From assembly GCA_030141605.1 (NCBI GenBank), contig JAQGDQ010000463.1, positions 1 to 64,000 on the forward strand: a stretch of DNA of 64,000 nt. Reading direction: 5' to 3'. The position numbers and the translations under genes are program-made. How positions within the stretch are numbered: the first letter of the stretch is position 1; every line of letters begins with the position of its first letter. This DNA comes from Tubiluchus corallicola (taxonomy: Eukaryota > Animalia > Priapulida). This document shows, in pieces, positions 49,260-62,517 of the stretch. The notes beneath the pieces were generated by a model that worked only from the letters and a program-made list of their open reading frames with translations, ran no database searches and was not told where the DNA came from.

Positions 49260-49480
49260 ATATCCGATGGAAGTTTGTTTCACAAACGTATTGCTCTGGG
49301 GTAGGAGTATAAATAAATATTGACTCTTGCTGATGGCTGAACAAATTTGTTGTTATCTTTGAGAGATGGGGTGATGTAAGTTGGTAAATTTATACCTATC
49401 CTGTGATGCACTATATCATGAAAGATGTTTAGTATCGTTTGTCGTCGTCTAATTTCTGGTGTTACCCACACATACATATA
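49260..49480 (-). mobile_element. CR1-type LINE 3' fragment
   Basis: FVQPSARVNIYLYSYPRAIRL*NKLP (SF.PR.IR.WN.LP). Confidence 0.7.
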
Positions 49481-51134
49481 ACTGAGCGTAGTAATCCATA
49501 ATTAATTTACATTTAGACATTTTATAAACTTCCTAGGTACTTCAAATTTCTGAAAAGTGTGAAATGTTTTTACTGCGACATCTTCACACTTTACCTAGAC
49601 ATTTTGTATAATAGCTAGCATCTATACAGAATGCGAAAAGTGGATTAAGCAAAGTACAAAATGAACATGATTCGTGATAAATCAAACTTTTCCTAGATTT
49701 TTTTTGTACAACACCCAGGCATCGTATAGAATGCATAAAACAGGTTAGTCAATGTATTAAATTAAGCAAGGCGTTCAAACAAACAGCCGAGTTAATTGTT
49801 TTACTGATACCCTAAAAAACTTTTATAGAAAATAAAAACATAGCTGAGTGGCAATAAGTAAATAATAAAGCAGTTATAATAGAGTAGGTTTTAAAGCAAT
49901 GATGGTATTGCACAAAATGTATATGGTACGTCAATCAGTCTACTTTCTAGCCGCATTTCCTTCCGCTTAGCACGGTTTGCCTATCGTCACCCGTCAGCCA
50001 TGATCCGCGGTTGGGTCCTCACAAGCGTTTTGAGCTGTTCATCAGGCGCCTTATTACGAAATGAATTTGGCCATTAATTTCATTTGACATAAGGCATTTT
50101 GGGTCATCCCTAACGTGGTAATTAATACATTTGTGGTTTCTACAGTTCACAGTTCATTTATATGCCCGAAGAATTCATAACAGAATGGTCTAATAAACAT
50201 TAAAAAGCAATTTTTAAGCGCGACATTTCACTAATACTGCTTTTAGATACGTGCATTGCTGAAATGGATTATGGCAAAACGCCTTACTATTTACACAGAG
50301 TAAGAAGCATACCAGGGATTATGATGTGCGCCTTACAGAATACGAAAAACACGGCTTTCTCCGTTCACCCTTTTCTGTGTGACATGGGCCGTAATAATAA
50401 AATTTCTGGAAGTTTATCTTTAGGATAAGTGATATTAAGTATAGCGCGTGTTAAATATTGCTTGTATAACACTTTAATGAGATAAAACGAATTACTTGAG
50501 TTATGTATGTAAAAATATGATTCATCAGCGCTAACACTAATCTCTCTTCCCTCAGCAAAACACTTTCTACTTAAATTACTATACCTGGCTTCCTAAGATT
50601 AAGTCATTTCATACAGGCATTACTGCTTTTGCCCACATGCAAGTTTATAATGTATGCATACAGTAGCAGATTCTTCCCGCTAATAAAAAAGTTTCTGCAA
50701 CAGCATTTATCTAATCTTGGAAGATAAACCTATATACATGTATATAATACAAGCATAATACAGGAAATAAAAGATGACAATGAACAGCAAAATATTTGTT
50801 ACTGAAATATTTGCAAGCAAACCAGAGTTAAAATTGTGAAGATGATGGAATTAGTGAAATTAATGTAAGTGAAGAAAAGTGTTTGTATTCCAAAAATTTA
50901 CTGATGAAAAGGCTGAATAAAAATCTAGCCAGGAGTATGTACATGGAGAATAAGCAGCCTAAGTCGCTCCAAAAGACTATCAACACAAGGTGTAGGAAGT
51001 CATTAACTACAGTTTACTGATGGAAGAAGCCGTGAAAAGCTTTTGAAAAAAACTAAGCTAAACAAAACTAAACAGTTAATTAGTACACTGTAATACATGT
51101 ATATAAGCCTAATACCATTATACTTTAATTCAAA

Positions 51135-51257
51135 CAAACATGTACACCCAATATACACGTATGAGTGGGGTGCATGCGGACTGTGAGGAAAGGGTCAAAC
51201 ATGTACACCCAATATACACGTATGAGTGGGGTGCATGCGGACTGTGAGGAAAGGGTC
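51135..51257. repeat. Perfect 61-bp tandem duplication
   Basis: caaacatgtacacccaatatacacgtatgagtggggtgcatgcggactgtgaggaaagggt at 51135 and 51196. Confidence 0.95.
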
Positions 51258-51989
51258 GACAGAGAAGGCGGGAGTCAAAAATACTTTTGCGTACGGCATG
51301 AAACTAGCTAGAGCTGGCCTTTAATGATAGAAAAACTCAAAGTGAATCACGCTATACACAGTACATAATGTGTAGAGGCAAGCATACTAAACTTTCATTG
51401 AAGTTTAATCTCTGATTAGGTTGCATTTTACAAAAAAAAAAAAAAACGTTTTACGGTCGGCGTACAACAATACAATAGTTAGTGGGAATTCAACAAGGAT
51501 AGTGAATGCTGAACAGGAAATGCGTAGGCATGTGAAACAGGTTTTGATGCCTGCCTTGCAGCGTCTGCTTGTTCCACTGACCTATTTTACTGTACCAGTT
51601 TGCAATGTACGATCGCTAGTTTACAGCTGCGGCATACTTTCCCTGATGTCTACTTTCCCTAAATTAAACGCTAAGGACGTAGTCTTCGGTCTGCCGCCAA
51701 TGACCATCTTATATAATAATTTTTTTATTAAGGTTATTGTTAAAGTTACAAATTCAAAGTACAGCATGGCTATGCACTTTATTAATAGTAAGAACCAAAT
51801 AATAGACTTTTTTAAATAAAAGTTCTCACTGCCAAAGAAACAACGCATCGAAAATGTAACATACAGCGACATTGATTCAAATAGTCTTGTAGCTTCTAAT
51901 TCCAGTACTAGCATCTTATTCAAACAAACTTGACTTTTTAGCTGTGTGTTGTAGACTTTCTCATAAGTTAACAGTTATGTAACTCTTCT

Positions 51990-54041
51990 TCGTACTAGTA
52001 AGTTTTGTACAGGTAAAACTGGTACGAGGAAATTTTGGTACCAGGAAAATTTCGTGCTAGGAGTTTTTGGTACGCAGCATATTTGGTACTATCATCTTAC
52101 GGTACAAGCAAAATATTGTACCAGGAGTGTTTAGTACTATGAAATATTGGTACAAGGAGGTTTTGGTACTAGGAAAATATGGTACGAGAAAAATTTGGTG
52201 CTAGGAAAGTTTGGTACTGATAAATTTGGTACTAAACGAAAAAGAGAGCATTTCTATATCTCAGTATAAAATAATTGTTTCAACTAGAAAATAAAAAGTT
52301 TATTCAGTAAGGAGGAAATATGGTACTACGAAAGTCTGGCTTATTAAAAAGTTCATAAAATATTATACTGTAATTAATAGGCAGATAAAATTTTATCCAT
52401 GATTATCCCATCCATGCCTGTATATTTGAGAATTCTTCCAGCAAAAAATGAAGGGTCACCAGCTCACCCCATGCAAATTTTCGAAAATTTCGGTCAATTT
52501 GTTTTTTTCGGAAAAATGATCACTTTCTCTGTTTTTTTTACAAAAATTATCAAACTCAGGTAGTGATGGCTTCTTGATGATGATGATGATGATGGTGGTG
52601 ATGATGACGATGACAATGGTGTAATCGTAATGACAATGATGGCTATGATGTGGTGATGATGGAGGCAACATTGATTCAGAACAGTTACCATTTAGTGGAA
52701 ATCCTGACACAACACATACAACAAGAATAACAGCAACATCAGTAACAACAACAATAGCAACAACAGCAGCAGCTAACAACAACCACGACATTGACAATAA
52801 CAAGACAACAACAATAACAGCATCAAAACGACAAAAGTAACAAAGGTCACATGATGACAGCAATAACGATGCTGACGACGATGATGGTTGTGGTGGTGGT
52901 AGTAATCACAACAAAAGAGCAAGCAAGAAATAGACAAACAACAACGACAACAACAATGACAACTATAACAAACAACAGACAAAGAAACAAAAATCGAACA
53001 AAAAATAAATAAAAGATGCAACAATATGAGGCTCTATAACTTGTTCAAGGAGGTTGTATAAAATATATTTTCATAGTACCAAACTTTCTTTGTACTAAAT
53101 TTTCCTAGTACCAAACTTTCCGAGTACTAAACTTCCCCAGTAACAAACTTGTCAGGTACCATTTTTACTTTGTGCCATATCTACTTGTACCAAAAATGCC
53201 TGACAAAACTTTGTTAGTACCATGTTTACCAGTATCATATTTTCTCTGTACCAAATTTACCCAGTACCAAAATTACTGTGTACCAAAAATTCCTAGTACC
53301 AAATTTTCCTGGTTCCAAAATTTCCTCATACCAAAATTACAAGTACCAGACTTGCCGCACACCGAAAATTTGGTACTAAACGGAAAAAGAGAGCATTTCT
53401 ATGGGGCAGTATAAAATAATTGTTTCAATCGGGAAATAGGAAGTTTCCCTATAGGGAAGATTATCCAGCGGAAGGAAATTTGGTACTAGGAAAGTTTTGG
53501 CTTATTAAAAACACTCACAAAACATCATAATTAATACTGGGTGACAGCTAAAATGTTATCAGTGATTATCCCACACGTGAAGGCACATTTGAGAATTCTT
53601 TCAGCAAAATCTGAAAGGTCTCCGACTCACCATGCAAATTTTCGAAGATCTTGGTCAATTTTCCATTGTCAATTGGTCAAAACGATCATTTTTCTGCTTT
53701 ATTCTACAAAACTTATCAAACTAAGATACGAACAAGGCAGTGTTGAGCAATTATGAAAGAATATGTGTAAAAGCACAATTTGGTCCCCCCCCCCGAGGTC
53801 CAAAGTATGGAGTGATGTTCCTACTGCTGCTGCTGGTAGTGGCAACGATGATGGTGTATTGCTGTCATGATGCTACTGTTGACAGTGGTGGCGAGGCCAA
53901 AGATGATTATCGTGTTTGTAACCCAGCAGCACGACTACCAGCACTACTGCCATTGCCTCTACTGCCAACAATAGCAACAGCAACAAGAATGGCAACAACA
54001 ATAGCAACAAGGATGGCAACAACAACAACAACGGCAACATT

Positions 54042-54072
<31 letters not shown>

Positions 54073-54730
54073 ACAACAACAAGACCGGCAACAGCAACAA
54101 CATCAGCAATAACAACAGCAAAACAACAAATGTAAGAATGACCACAACAATGATGATGATGATGATGATGAAACCAGCAAGGAATAAACTAATGTACAAG
54201 AATAACAACAACAGCAGCAGTAACGACAACGACATAGACAATAATAATGACAACAATAACAACAGCAAAAAAGAACAATAGCAGCAAGCAACAACAAGAG
54301 TGGCAACAGTAACAATGATGACAATAATAATGATGGTGGTGGTAGTGAATAAAACAAAAGAGCAAGCAAGAAACAGACAAACAACAGTGATATATAACAA
54401 ACAACACACAAACAAACAAAAAACTAAATAAAAACAAATGTAACAATATTAGCCTCTATAACGTTCTCGAGTGCGTGTAAATATATTTTCGTAGTACCAA
54501 ACTTTCCTTGTACCATACCAAACTTTCTCAGTATCAAATTTTTCTAGTACCAAACCTGTTTTGTATCATTTTTACTCGTAGCAAAAATGTTTTGCAAAAC
54601 TTCAGTAGTATTGTATTTACCAGTACTTGCCATATTTTCTCTGTATCAAATTTTCCAAGTGCAAAAATTTCCATGTACCAAAAATTGCTAGTAGCAAATT
54701 TTCATGACCAAACTCACCTGTACCAACTTA
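51990..54730. mobile_element. Two tandem copies of the GGTACT foldback-like element, each with a (CAA/GAT)n core
   Basis: Copy 1: left arm 51990-52560, simple repeats to ~53040, inverted gtaccaaa arm to ~53360. Copy 2: 53365-53740, then 53810-54450, then 54480-54730. The cores share acaaaagagcaagcaagaaa and ctctataac. Confidence 0.8.
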
Positions 54731-55598
54731 TAGCGCACTGTTTTAAACTGCTTGAGGGTAAATACACAGTGACGCCCCAAATCTGGTCCCCGTGAGGGCA
54801 AAAAAATGTTCACATAAGTGTTTGTACAATACAGCAAATGAAAGCACTTGTTCTGTACTTCATAAAACTACATTTGATTTATAAATTAGATGAAAGGTTA
54901 CAAAGTTAGGGCAATTTTAAGAAAACCACGTATTTCTGAATCGCACAAGGAAGACAATCAGCCTTTCAGCAGCTTAAATATTAACAAAAATTTAGCATAG
55001 TTTACTTTTAAACATGAATTAATAGGCTGCTAGATTCAGAAGAGTTTCAGTGACATGGAAACACAAATTATATATATGAAATAGCTATTTTAAACATATT
55101 CAGTAACATTAACTAGGTGAATTTTTGTATTAATGCATAAATGGTAACATTTTTTTGATATTTTTAAGTAAAAATAAAATAAAATTTGATGTTATCAAAC
55201 CATCTTGATTTTCTAAATTAAACTAATGTAGCTTTACTACATTAAACTGCAAGTATACATGAGCCAATATGTCAAAGTTAGTAAATATCCTCTGTTTTAT
55301 TAATAAATTTAGCCGTTGAAGCCATTTCTTTTGACATGTTTAACAAAAAACCAGCCTATTGACATCAATTCTAGTTTTATAACTAACAAACATTCATACG
55401 TGTGCTCCATATTTCTCACAACGCGTACGAGGGATTCTATATTTTTCACAAAACAGATGCTTGAACATGAGCCAGAAAGCTGTTTGCACGTTTGACGTAA
55501 TGGACAGACAATTACATTTAAGCCTACACTCCTTCGCAAACTAAGTGTAGTTTCACATTTTTGCATTATATAAGGAAAAAGTAGTTACAAAACTTCAG

Positions 55599-56240
55599 TT
55601 GATGTAATGGAGAAACATAGGAACGCATACTTTACAAGTGACATGATGTAATGGAGAAACATGGAGAAACAGGAACACATACAGGAACGCAAACTTTACA
55701 AGTGACATGATGTAATGGAGAAACATAGGAACGCATACAGGAACGCAAACTTTACAAGTGACATGATGTAATGGAGAAACATTGGAACGCATACTTTACA
55801 AGTGACATGACGTAATGGAGAAACATAGGAACGCATACAGGAACGCAAACTTTACAAGTGACATGATGTAATGGAGAAACATTGGAACGCATACTTTACA
55901 AGTGACATGACGTAATGGAGAAACATAGGAACGCATACAGGAACGCAAACTTTACAAGTGACATGATGTAATGGAGAAACATAGGAACGCATACAGGAAC
56001 GCAAACTTTACAAGTGACATGATGTAATGGAGAAACATAGGAACGCATACTTTACAAGTGACATGATGTAATGGAGAAACATAGGAACGCATACTTTACA
56101 AGTGACATGATGTAATGGAGAAACATAGGAACACATACTTTACAAGTGACATGATGTAATGGAGAAACATAGGAACGCATACTTTACAAGTGACATGATG
56201 TAATGGAGAAACATAGGAACGCATACTTTACAAGTGACAT
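55599..56240. repeat. Minisatellite with 44-bp and 56-bp unit variants, ~13 copies
   Basis: Unit atgatgtaatggagaaacataggaacgcatactttacaagtgac; the long variant adds 12 nt (aggaacgcaaac). Confidence 0.95.
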
Positions 56241-57160
56241 TTTGACAAAACTGTATTAATTATTTGGCTTTAAGCTGTTGATTCAATTAAACAAACAAAA
56301 GACGTTGACTTTAATAGCAAAATAAGTAAATTATTACACAAAGTGAATACTTAACAGGCCTTTGGACTAACTTCTGTTGAAAATGGAGAAAAGTGTTAGC
56401 AAGCATGTCTTATTGTCCTTAGCCAAATGGCTGCCACCACAGTGTGCTCTGATACCCAGAAACAGTAATTGCACAAGGACTGGGGGCACAGTAATTAAAA
56501 TGAAACACGAAGTCTTAAATTTACTTTCGCCATTGAATGGGGGCGTTATGTGGAAACTATGACATAAGCTAATTTTTGTATCAGTCATCTTCACAAGAGA
56601 AAGGTCCCATGCTATACAGGTCTGGTGTTGGGATAAATCAAGTTGGGATGTAATAGTTACAGTTAAAAAGTCACAGAAAAAAGCCACAGGAAGAAGTCAC
56701 TGGAAAAAGTTACAGGAAAAATCACAAGATAAAAGAAATAATCCTAAAGCTAGTCCTAACCCTAAGACATTGAACAAAACGGGATTTTTTTCATATACAT
56801 GTAATGCCATCGATCATACATAAATAGTGTTTGTCAATATACATGTACAAGTCATGTATTGCCAGTTAATAACTGCGTTGAAATATTTTCTGTTTTATTG
56901 GTACTTTATAATTGTTTATGGCACTAAAATAAATTTTGAGTAAGACATGTATACAATAGTAACCTTTCCTCACTCTAATTCTTGCTAGATGGATGTAGTC
57001 TTTCGTTAAAGAGACCCACTGGAATCACTGGTTTTTGACAAATCTTTAATTTATTTTTTTACATATACGTATCTGGTTGTTGCTATTGATTTTCGTATAA
57101 TTAAAAACTATTTTCTAAATATACTACTCAAAGAACTATTTTTTTAAATATACTACTCAC

Positions 57161-57687
57161 TTTTAAATCTTTAAAGAAATATGACCGCCTTGCCCATTCC
57201 ACCAAAGCAAATAAACTGTGATCCAGGACTTTGCACATTAACTCAAATAATTCGACTTCACACTGATTATACGTCTGTGAATTAATAAGCGAAAACAGTG
57301 ATTCCTGCCATGTTTTATCGTCCACAGTGCTTGCTGTAAGATCACGTATTAATGGCGGCACCTTATGTTGTGTATTATTGAGCACTTTTGTCACGGTGGG
57401 ATAATACTGCCATAGTTTGTTTTCCTTGGGCGTCTCTTCATTGTTATTGTTATTGTTGTGAGGATTGTCGAGAGCGGAGGAGTCCGGCGAATTGGTGCTA
57501 GAGCTCAACTGGGGAATCTGGATGTCTGGCTTAACGTCAACTAGTCCGGAAAAAGACGATGATCCGCCCCAGGAACCGATCTTCGCCGCTACGGCCATCC
57601 GTTTCGCCTGTATTTTTAAGGCACGTTCACGCTTGTACATGGGGCCAAACTTGTTTCTGCCTCCTCGCATTCGATCAGCACGTACAG
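57161..57687 (-). CDS. ftz-f1: ftz-f1/NR5A coding exon (T-box/FTZ-F1 box, hinge, LBD helices 1-3)
   Basis: ctattttcag|(A)[24 protein letters not shown]...[16 protein letters not shown]...VPPLIRDL...[39 protein letters not shown]|gtgagt. The FTZ-F1 box is diagnostic of NR5A. Confidence 0.97.
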
Positions 57688-60229
57688 CTGAAAATAGAAT
57701 TGTTTTAGAATAGCTAGAATTTAATTTTCTAATACAGAATGCCATGTAACACATAACAATTAGAAAATGAGAATATAAATACGGGTCAGTGAAATGGATC
57801 GTTACATTTGCTACTATACGGATCCTGCTGGAAAAATCATGAAGCGTCGCAGAATAGGAGTTTGTACTTTGCAAACGAGAACTTTGGCTTCAAGAGGAAT
57901 TAAGGTTGGTATAAAAGACCAGATCTTCATCCGAAGGCCATCAATATAGAAGGCTCACGAGTTCGTTGTTCCTTGTACATGACCTTCTTTTATTTGAAGA
58001 AGGCGCATGACTCGGTGGGATACTCAATATGGAAAGCACTGAGACAGATTAATTAACTCTGGCATGCCTTGATCACTTGAGATGTCAGTGTATAAATTTG
58101 AGAGTATTCTCAAAACATAATTAAGCAAGACCAGTTACTATCAATAACTGTGGTCTCCGTAAGTTCACATTATTGTGAAAGTAGCAGCAAATTACAGGGT
58201 CAGAAAGGCACCGCTAAAGTGATTTGCCATCCATTTCTGACTATAGCACAAGTCAAAGGATTTACCTATTAACAACCCACCCCCACTTCCAGAATACTCC
58301 AAAACAGTATTGACAGTAAGATCAGTAAAAACCGGTTGGAACTCGTGACCTAGTTGCAAACCTGTCCAGCGGAATGAATGTGCTATACCAGTTCTAACAT
58401 CATCTCTCGACTGGTGCTGCGGTCTAGCGAGTAATGGGGGGCCGTCTCGAAAACTTTCACTCGCAAAAGAAAGTAAAAGTAATTTAACAGCAAATCACAC
58501 GACTCTTAGTAGTAGCGGCTGCAAGCACACGAAGGTCGAAAGAGGATAACCATTCATTTGTTAAATTATTTAAATATTACGCAACATATTTTAGTGATCT
58601 CACACTTTATTAGTCCCTTATGCTTGAAATGCTGTAAGTTTTTCCTGGTGTGGTGCTATGCCTATGGTATACCATTGGGCCGCCTAATCAAGATATCAAC
58701 CAAAGACTAGAGAGGCGACATCAAACACGTGGGGCACGTATAGTAATCGATTAAGATTTAAATAACATTTTTATAATTAACTTTCATTAATGTTCATCAA
58801 CTTTTAAATGTTTAAACATCAGAATTTACCATGAAAAGTGACAACGCACGAAATGATACATTATAACTTTACTGCACAATCGCTATCTAGATGTCTAGTT
58901 TTGTATGGGTACGTAAACCCATACAAGCTGCAGCAGTCTTACGGTAAACACTGAGTATCTAGGCCAATGCAATGTGCTAGATTACTAAATATCGACTCAG
59001 AATGCGCGAGACCTAGATCTTGAAACTCGTAGCAGAGAATTTCAGAAAAGGAGGACACGATCAATCGAGGAGGGATTGAAAACTGGCAGAGGTTCAACTA
59101 TCAGCCTTTAATAAATATGGTGCCCGTTTTCTGCCCTCATGCTATATTTGGCACGGCGGCAAGCTGTACTACAATCGTGAAAAATGCATCATATTCAGCA
59201 CGATTTGCAATTTTAATCTTCAAAATTCTGACACTACTATTCCTTGTCACTATTCTCTGATCACTTTTTCAAAACAATTTTATTTTTTTGTCTCATACAG
59301 CAAACATGTAACAAAGTGCTAGTAATGATTACTAGTTACAGAAAGACGGGGGTGGGGGGTGGAGAAAGACCCTACGGTCACCGAGCACTCACCGTTCACT
59401 CAAAATACCATTATAACAGTTTTAATTGTCAACCGCATGTTATGTAAACGCCACTTTAGAAAATATATAACATTTGTCTTAACAGAACCTAATTAGTCAC
59501 ATGCCAGAAAACGGCGACACAACATTGCTTGCGTAACAGGTAACAATATCTAAAATCAAAATATGTGCGATATATAATACATGTATATATAGACGAGAAA
59601 CAGGGAACACCTAGATGAAACAAGGTGACTTAAACTTCAATGATCTGGCACAATACATACAAAACAACTGATGTAAACCAACAAATTGAAATTATTCGTA
59701 ACTGCTTATATATACATGCTTCCCTTACAAACTAACAAAAAGTTAATATAACATCAAATGCACCCGATGGAATTCCAAATTGAAGCACTTGAATGAACAG
59801 AAATAAAGCACTTTTAAAAGTTAAATTAACAGAAATCCCGAAGACTACAAAAAATGCGAAAAAGCAAGAAATTTATGTAGAAGCATAAAACTGAAATACG
59901 AAAAAGCATTACTACAGTAAACATGTAGAAATGCCAAAACAACCAAAGAAAAATGGGAATAACAAATAGTGTAATTAACGGATATGACGAACACATACAC
60001 ACATGTAAAACAGGTGATTGTACTAAATTTAAAATACAATAGTAATGTGCCACTAAAACATGCAGAATATCATCCCTTTTTAAAAGTAAAGCCCAGTAGT
60101 ACATTCAAGGCAATGTAACACAATATGCAGATGACAAGTGTCCAGTAAAAAAAGACTGATCCTAGCAGAGGAATTTATAACTAATTTAAAAGAATCAGTT
60201 GAAGAATTAAAATGTTTTTGATTACTGCC

Positions 60230-60545
60230 ACCTACAATTAAATACAGAAAATTTGTTTTCATGTTACTTACTCCACATATAAATTTTGAGAATTCGACTT
60301 ATCGTGAAACACAAATAAATGTCCTATCTCTAACTTTTTTAATGTCACTATTAAACAATCAGCCACTACTAATTTTTTAGATATCTAAATTGACAGTAAG
60401 CTAAAAATGGAACATCACAAACTAACAAAATTGTGCAAAAAATAGGCAACAGTATTTATTTTTTGAAACAAGTAAAAGGGCAATGAAGCACAAATACCCT
60501 TACTTACTTATAAGTATATAGTATTTAATTAGTGAATTTATATAT

Positions 60546-60576
<31 letters not shown>

Positions 60577-61045
60577 AATTCACTTATTTAAAAAACTATG
60601 GCACTCCTGCATCTTATTTCTGGTTCTCTACTTCTCTAGTAACTCAATGCAAAATTATGCAATAAGATGCATTCTCGGCTCTTAGAGTAAAACATACAAG
60701 AAAAATTATTCTATCACTTCAAACAGAAGAAAATTGTAACTAGCCACTATTGAATCTCAGTTGCAATATAATAAACCCGTGTTCCTATACAAATATTTAA
60801 ATAACATCTCTCAAGTTTTTATAAATAATAAAGTACCATTTATTTCGTGAAAACAAACCATTCAAACAATGAATTTAAAACAAATACAAACAAGTAATAA
60901 ATTTGGACATCAATTACTGACTAACCTGACTATAAATCTCTGGAATTCCCTACCAACTAATATTAAAACAACTCAAACTGTCATTTCATTTAAAAGTAAA
61001 CTAAAAGATATTTTCCTTAAAAATTATAATCGTTCAAAATAAAGT
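60230..61045 (+). mobile_element. Decayed L2/CR1-type LINE 3' region
   Basis: FLDI*IDSKLK(W), IGNSIYFLKQVK and NLWNSLPTNIKTTQTVISFKSKLK. Confidence 0.75.
60531..60584. repeat. AT-rich palindrome around (TA)n
   Basis: agtgaatttata...(ta)n...tataaattcact. Confidence 0.85.
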
Positions 61046-62159
61046 GATAAAAGTATGCCAAATGGCGACTTGTATAACCCCGAAACTGTAATGAGCTGAA
61101 ACTCAGTGACATAAGTAACAAAAATATATTGCATCGGTAATACATAACAATACTTGTGCGTAAATACTTTCTCCTTGAAAATCATTAAGTGTTTCTATTT
61201 ACCAAAATTTTAATTAAAATTTTGCAATGTCCGTGTATTGCATATTTTGTGTATTTTGCAAGTTTCTTTATTATTTCGAATCACGTATATATTTTAAATT
61301 TAGTTCTTAATGTTTGTGCATTGTGTATGTTGCATGCATTTTGTAATTTTTCTAATCATTTGTATATAGTTTTAATTGTGGTTTTAAATGAATGTCAGTT
61401 TGAATGTGTAGGCGTATTAAAGAAAAACCGGACCCAATCTTAAACTATAGTTCAAACAGTTTACCTCTTAAAATATTGAAGGGAACATACCATTTTTTCA
61501 AGGACTTACGTGAAGAAAGAATTATTACGAATGAAACATAATTTCACGTTAGCACAGAGAGTTCTTCACTGCTACATGCATTTAGCTAGTCGTTACTTAG
61601 ATAAGCACTAGCTCTGGCATCTCAGAAATAACCTTGCACAAATGCAGGTATTGTACCTCTCATTTCAGAGGTGCTCAGTTGTGACATAGTGCACCTTTTC
61701 GATAGCTCATGTGTGAGCACAGAGGTAAACTTGAAATTTCAAACTCAAACTTTGCCAGTTTTTGTATATAAGACTGAATGCCATACAATGTACATCAATG
61801 TATGTCAATTTTCGCTTTTATAAATACGTGCAACATGCTCGTGGAACGTTTGTGCTGTTGAAAATTGTGTTGCCAAATGTGAGCCCGTCATCACTGACTG
61901 GGCTCACCCACAGTTAATTAAGTTTTTAACCTATCATTTAATTATCAAAAAATGCTTTGGCATTATTATAGGTCCAAAAATGTATACTTTTTACCATACT
62001 TCAAAATGGAGTAGGATATGAAAAATCATCCTTTTTTCCTTTAATAATGACACTATTGCTTTTTATCAGTTTTTCTAAACTGGTTACATACAAATTTTCA
62101 TGTAAATATGATTGTAATTTTAAGTTTTCATTGTAAGTAACATTTTTAATAATAAAGAT

Positions 62160-62490
62160 TAAGTACTACAATGATGACTATGACTACTATCGCTAGCATT
62201 ACTACTACTACTACTACTACTACTAATAATAATAATAAAAATAATAGTAACTATAATAACAATAATAATAATAATAACAATAAAAAAATAATAATAATAG
62301 GAAGTTTTAATATGCGGTAATTCTGGTACAAGTAAATTTAGTACCATGGAATTTTTGGTATTAGGAAAATATGACATATTTTCTCTATACCAAATTTTCC
62401 CAGTACCAAAATGTTTATGTACCACCCAAAAATTTCCCAATGCCAAAATTTTCTTGTACCAAGATTACCAGGACCAAACTTACCACACAC
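62160..62490. repeat. (CTA/TAA)n simple repeats plus a partial GTACC foldback arm
   Basis: Simple repeats followed by ggtac/gtaccaaa 15-mers like those at 52-54.7 kb. Confidence 0.7.
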
Positions 62491-62517
62491 AACCAAAGAA
62501 TAATATATAGGCCCAAG

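Noticed and set aside
51421-51923. Opposing 132-aa and 100-aa ORFs
   Set aside because: Non-ATG starts and no motif I can recognise; probably TE debris.
52456-54446. Several poly-Leu, poly-Thr and Cys-rich ORFs
   Set aside because: Translations of (CAA/CAG/GAT)n cores of the foldback-like repeats.
56750-56766. cctaaccctaa as a telomeric seed
   Set aside because: Under two units and embedded in a dispersed repeat.
57688-57874. N-terminal part of ORF 57128-57874 and read-through tails of the other ftz-f1 exon ORFs
   Set aside because: Intronic sequence outside canonical AG/GT boundaries.
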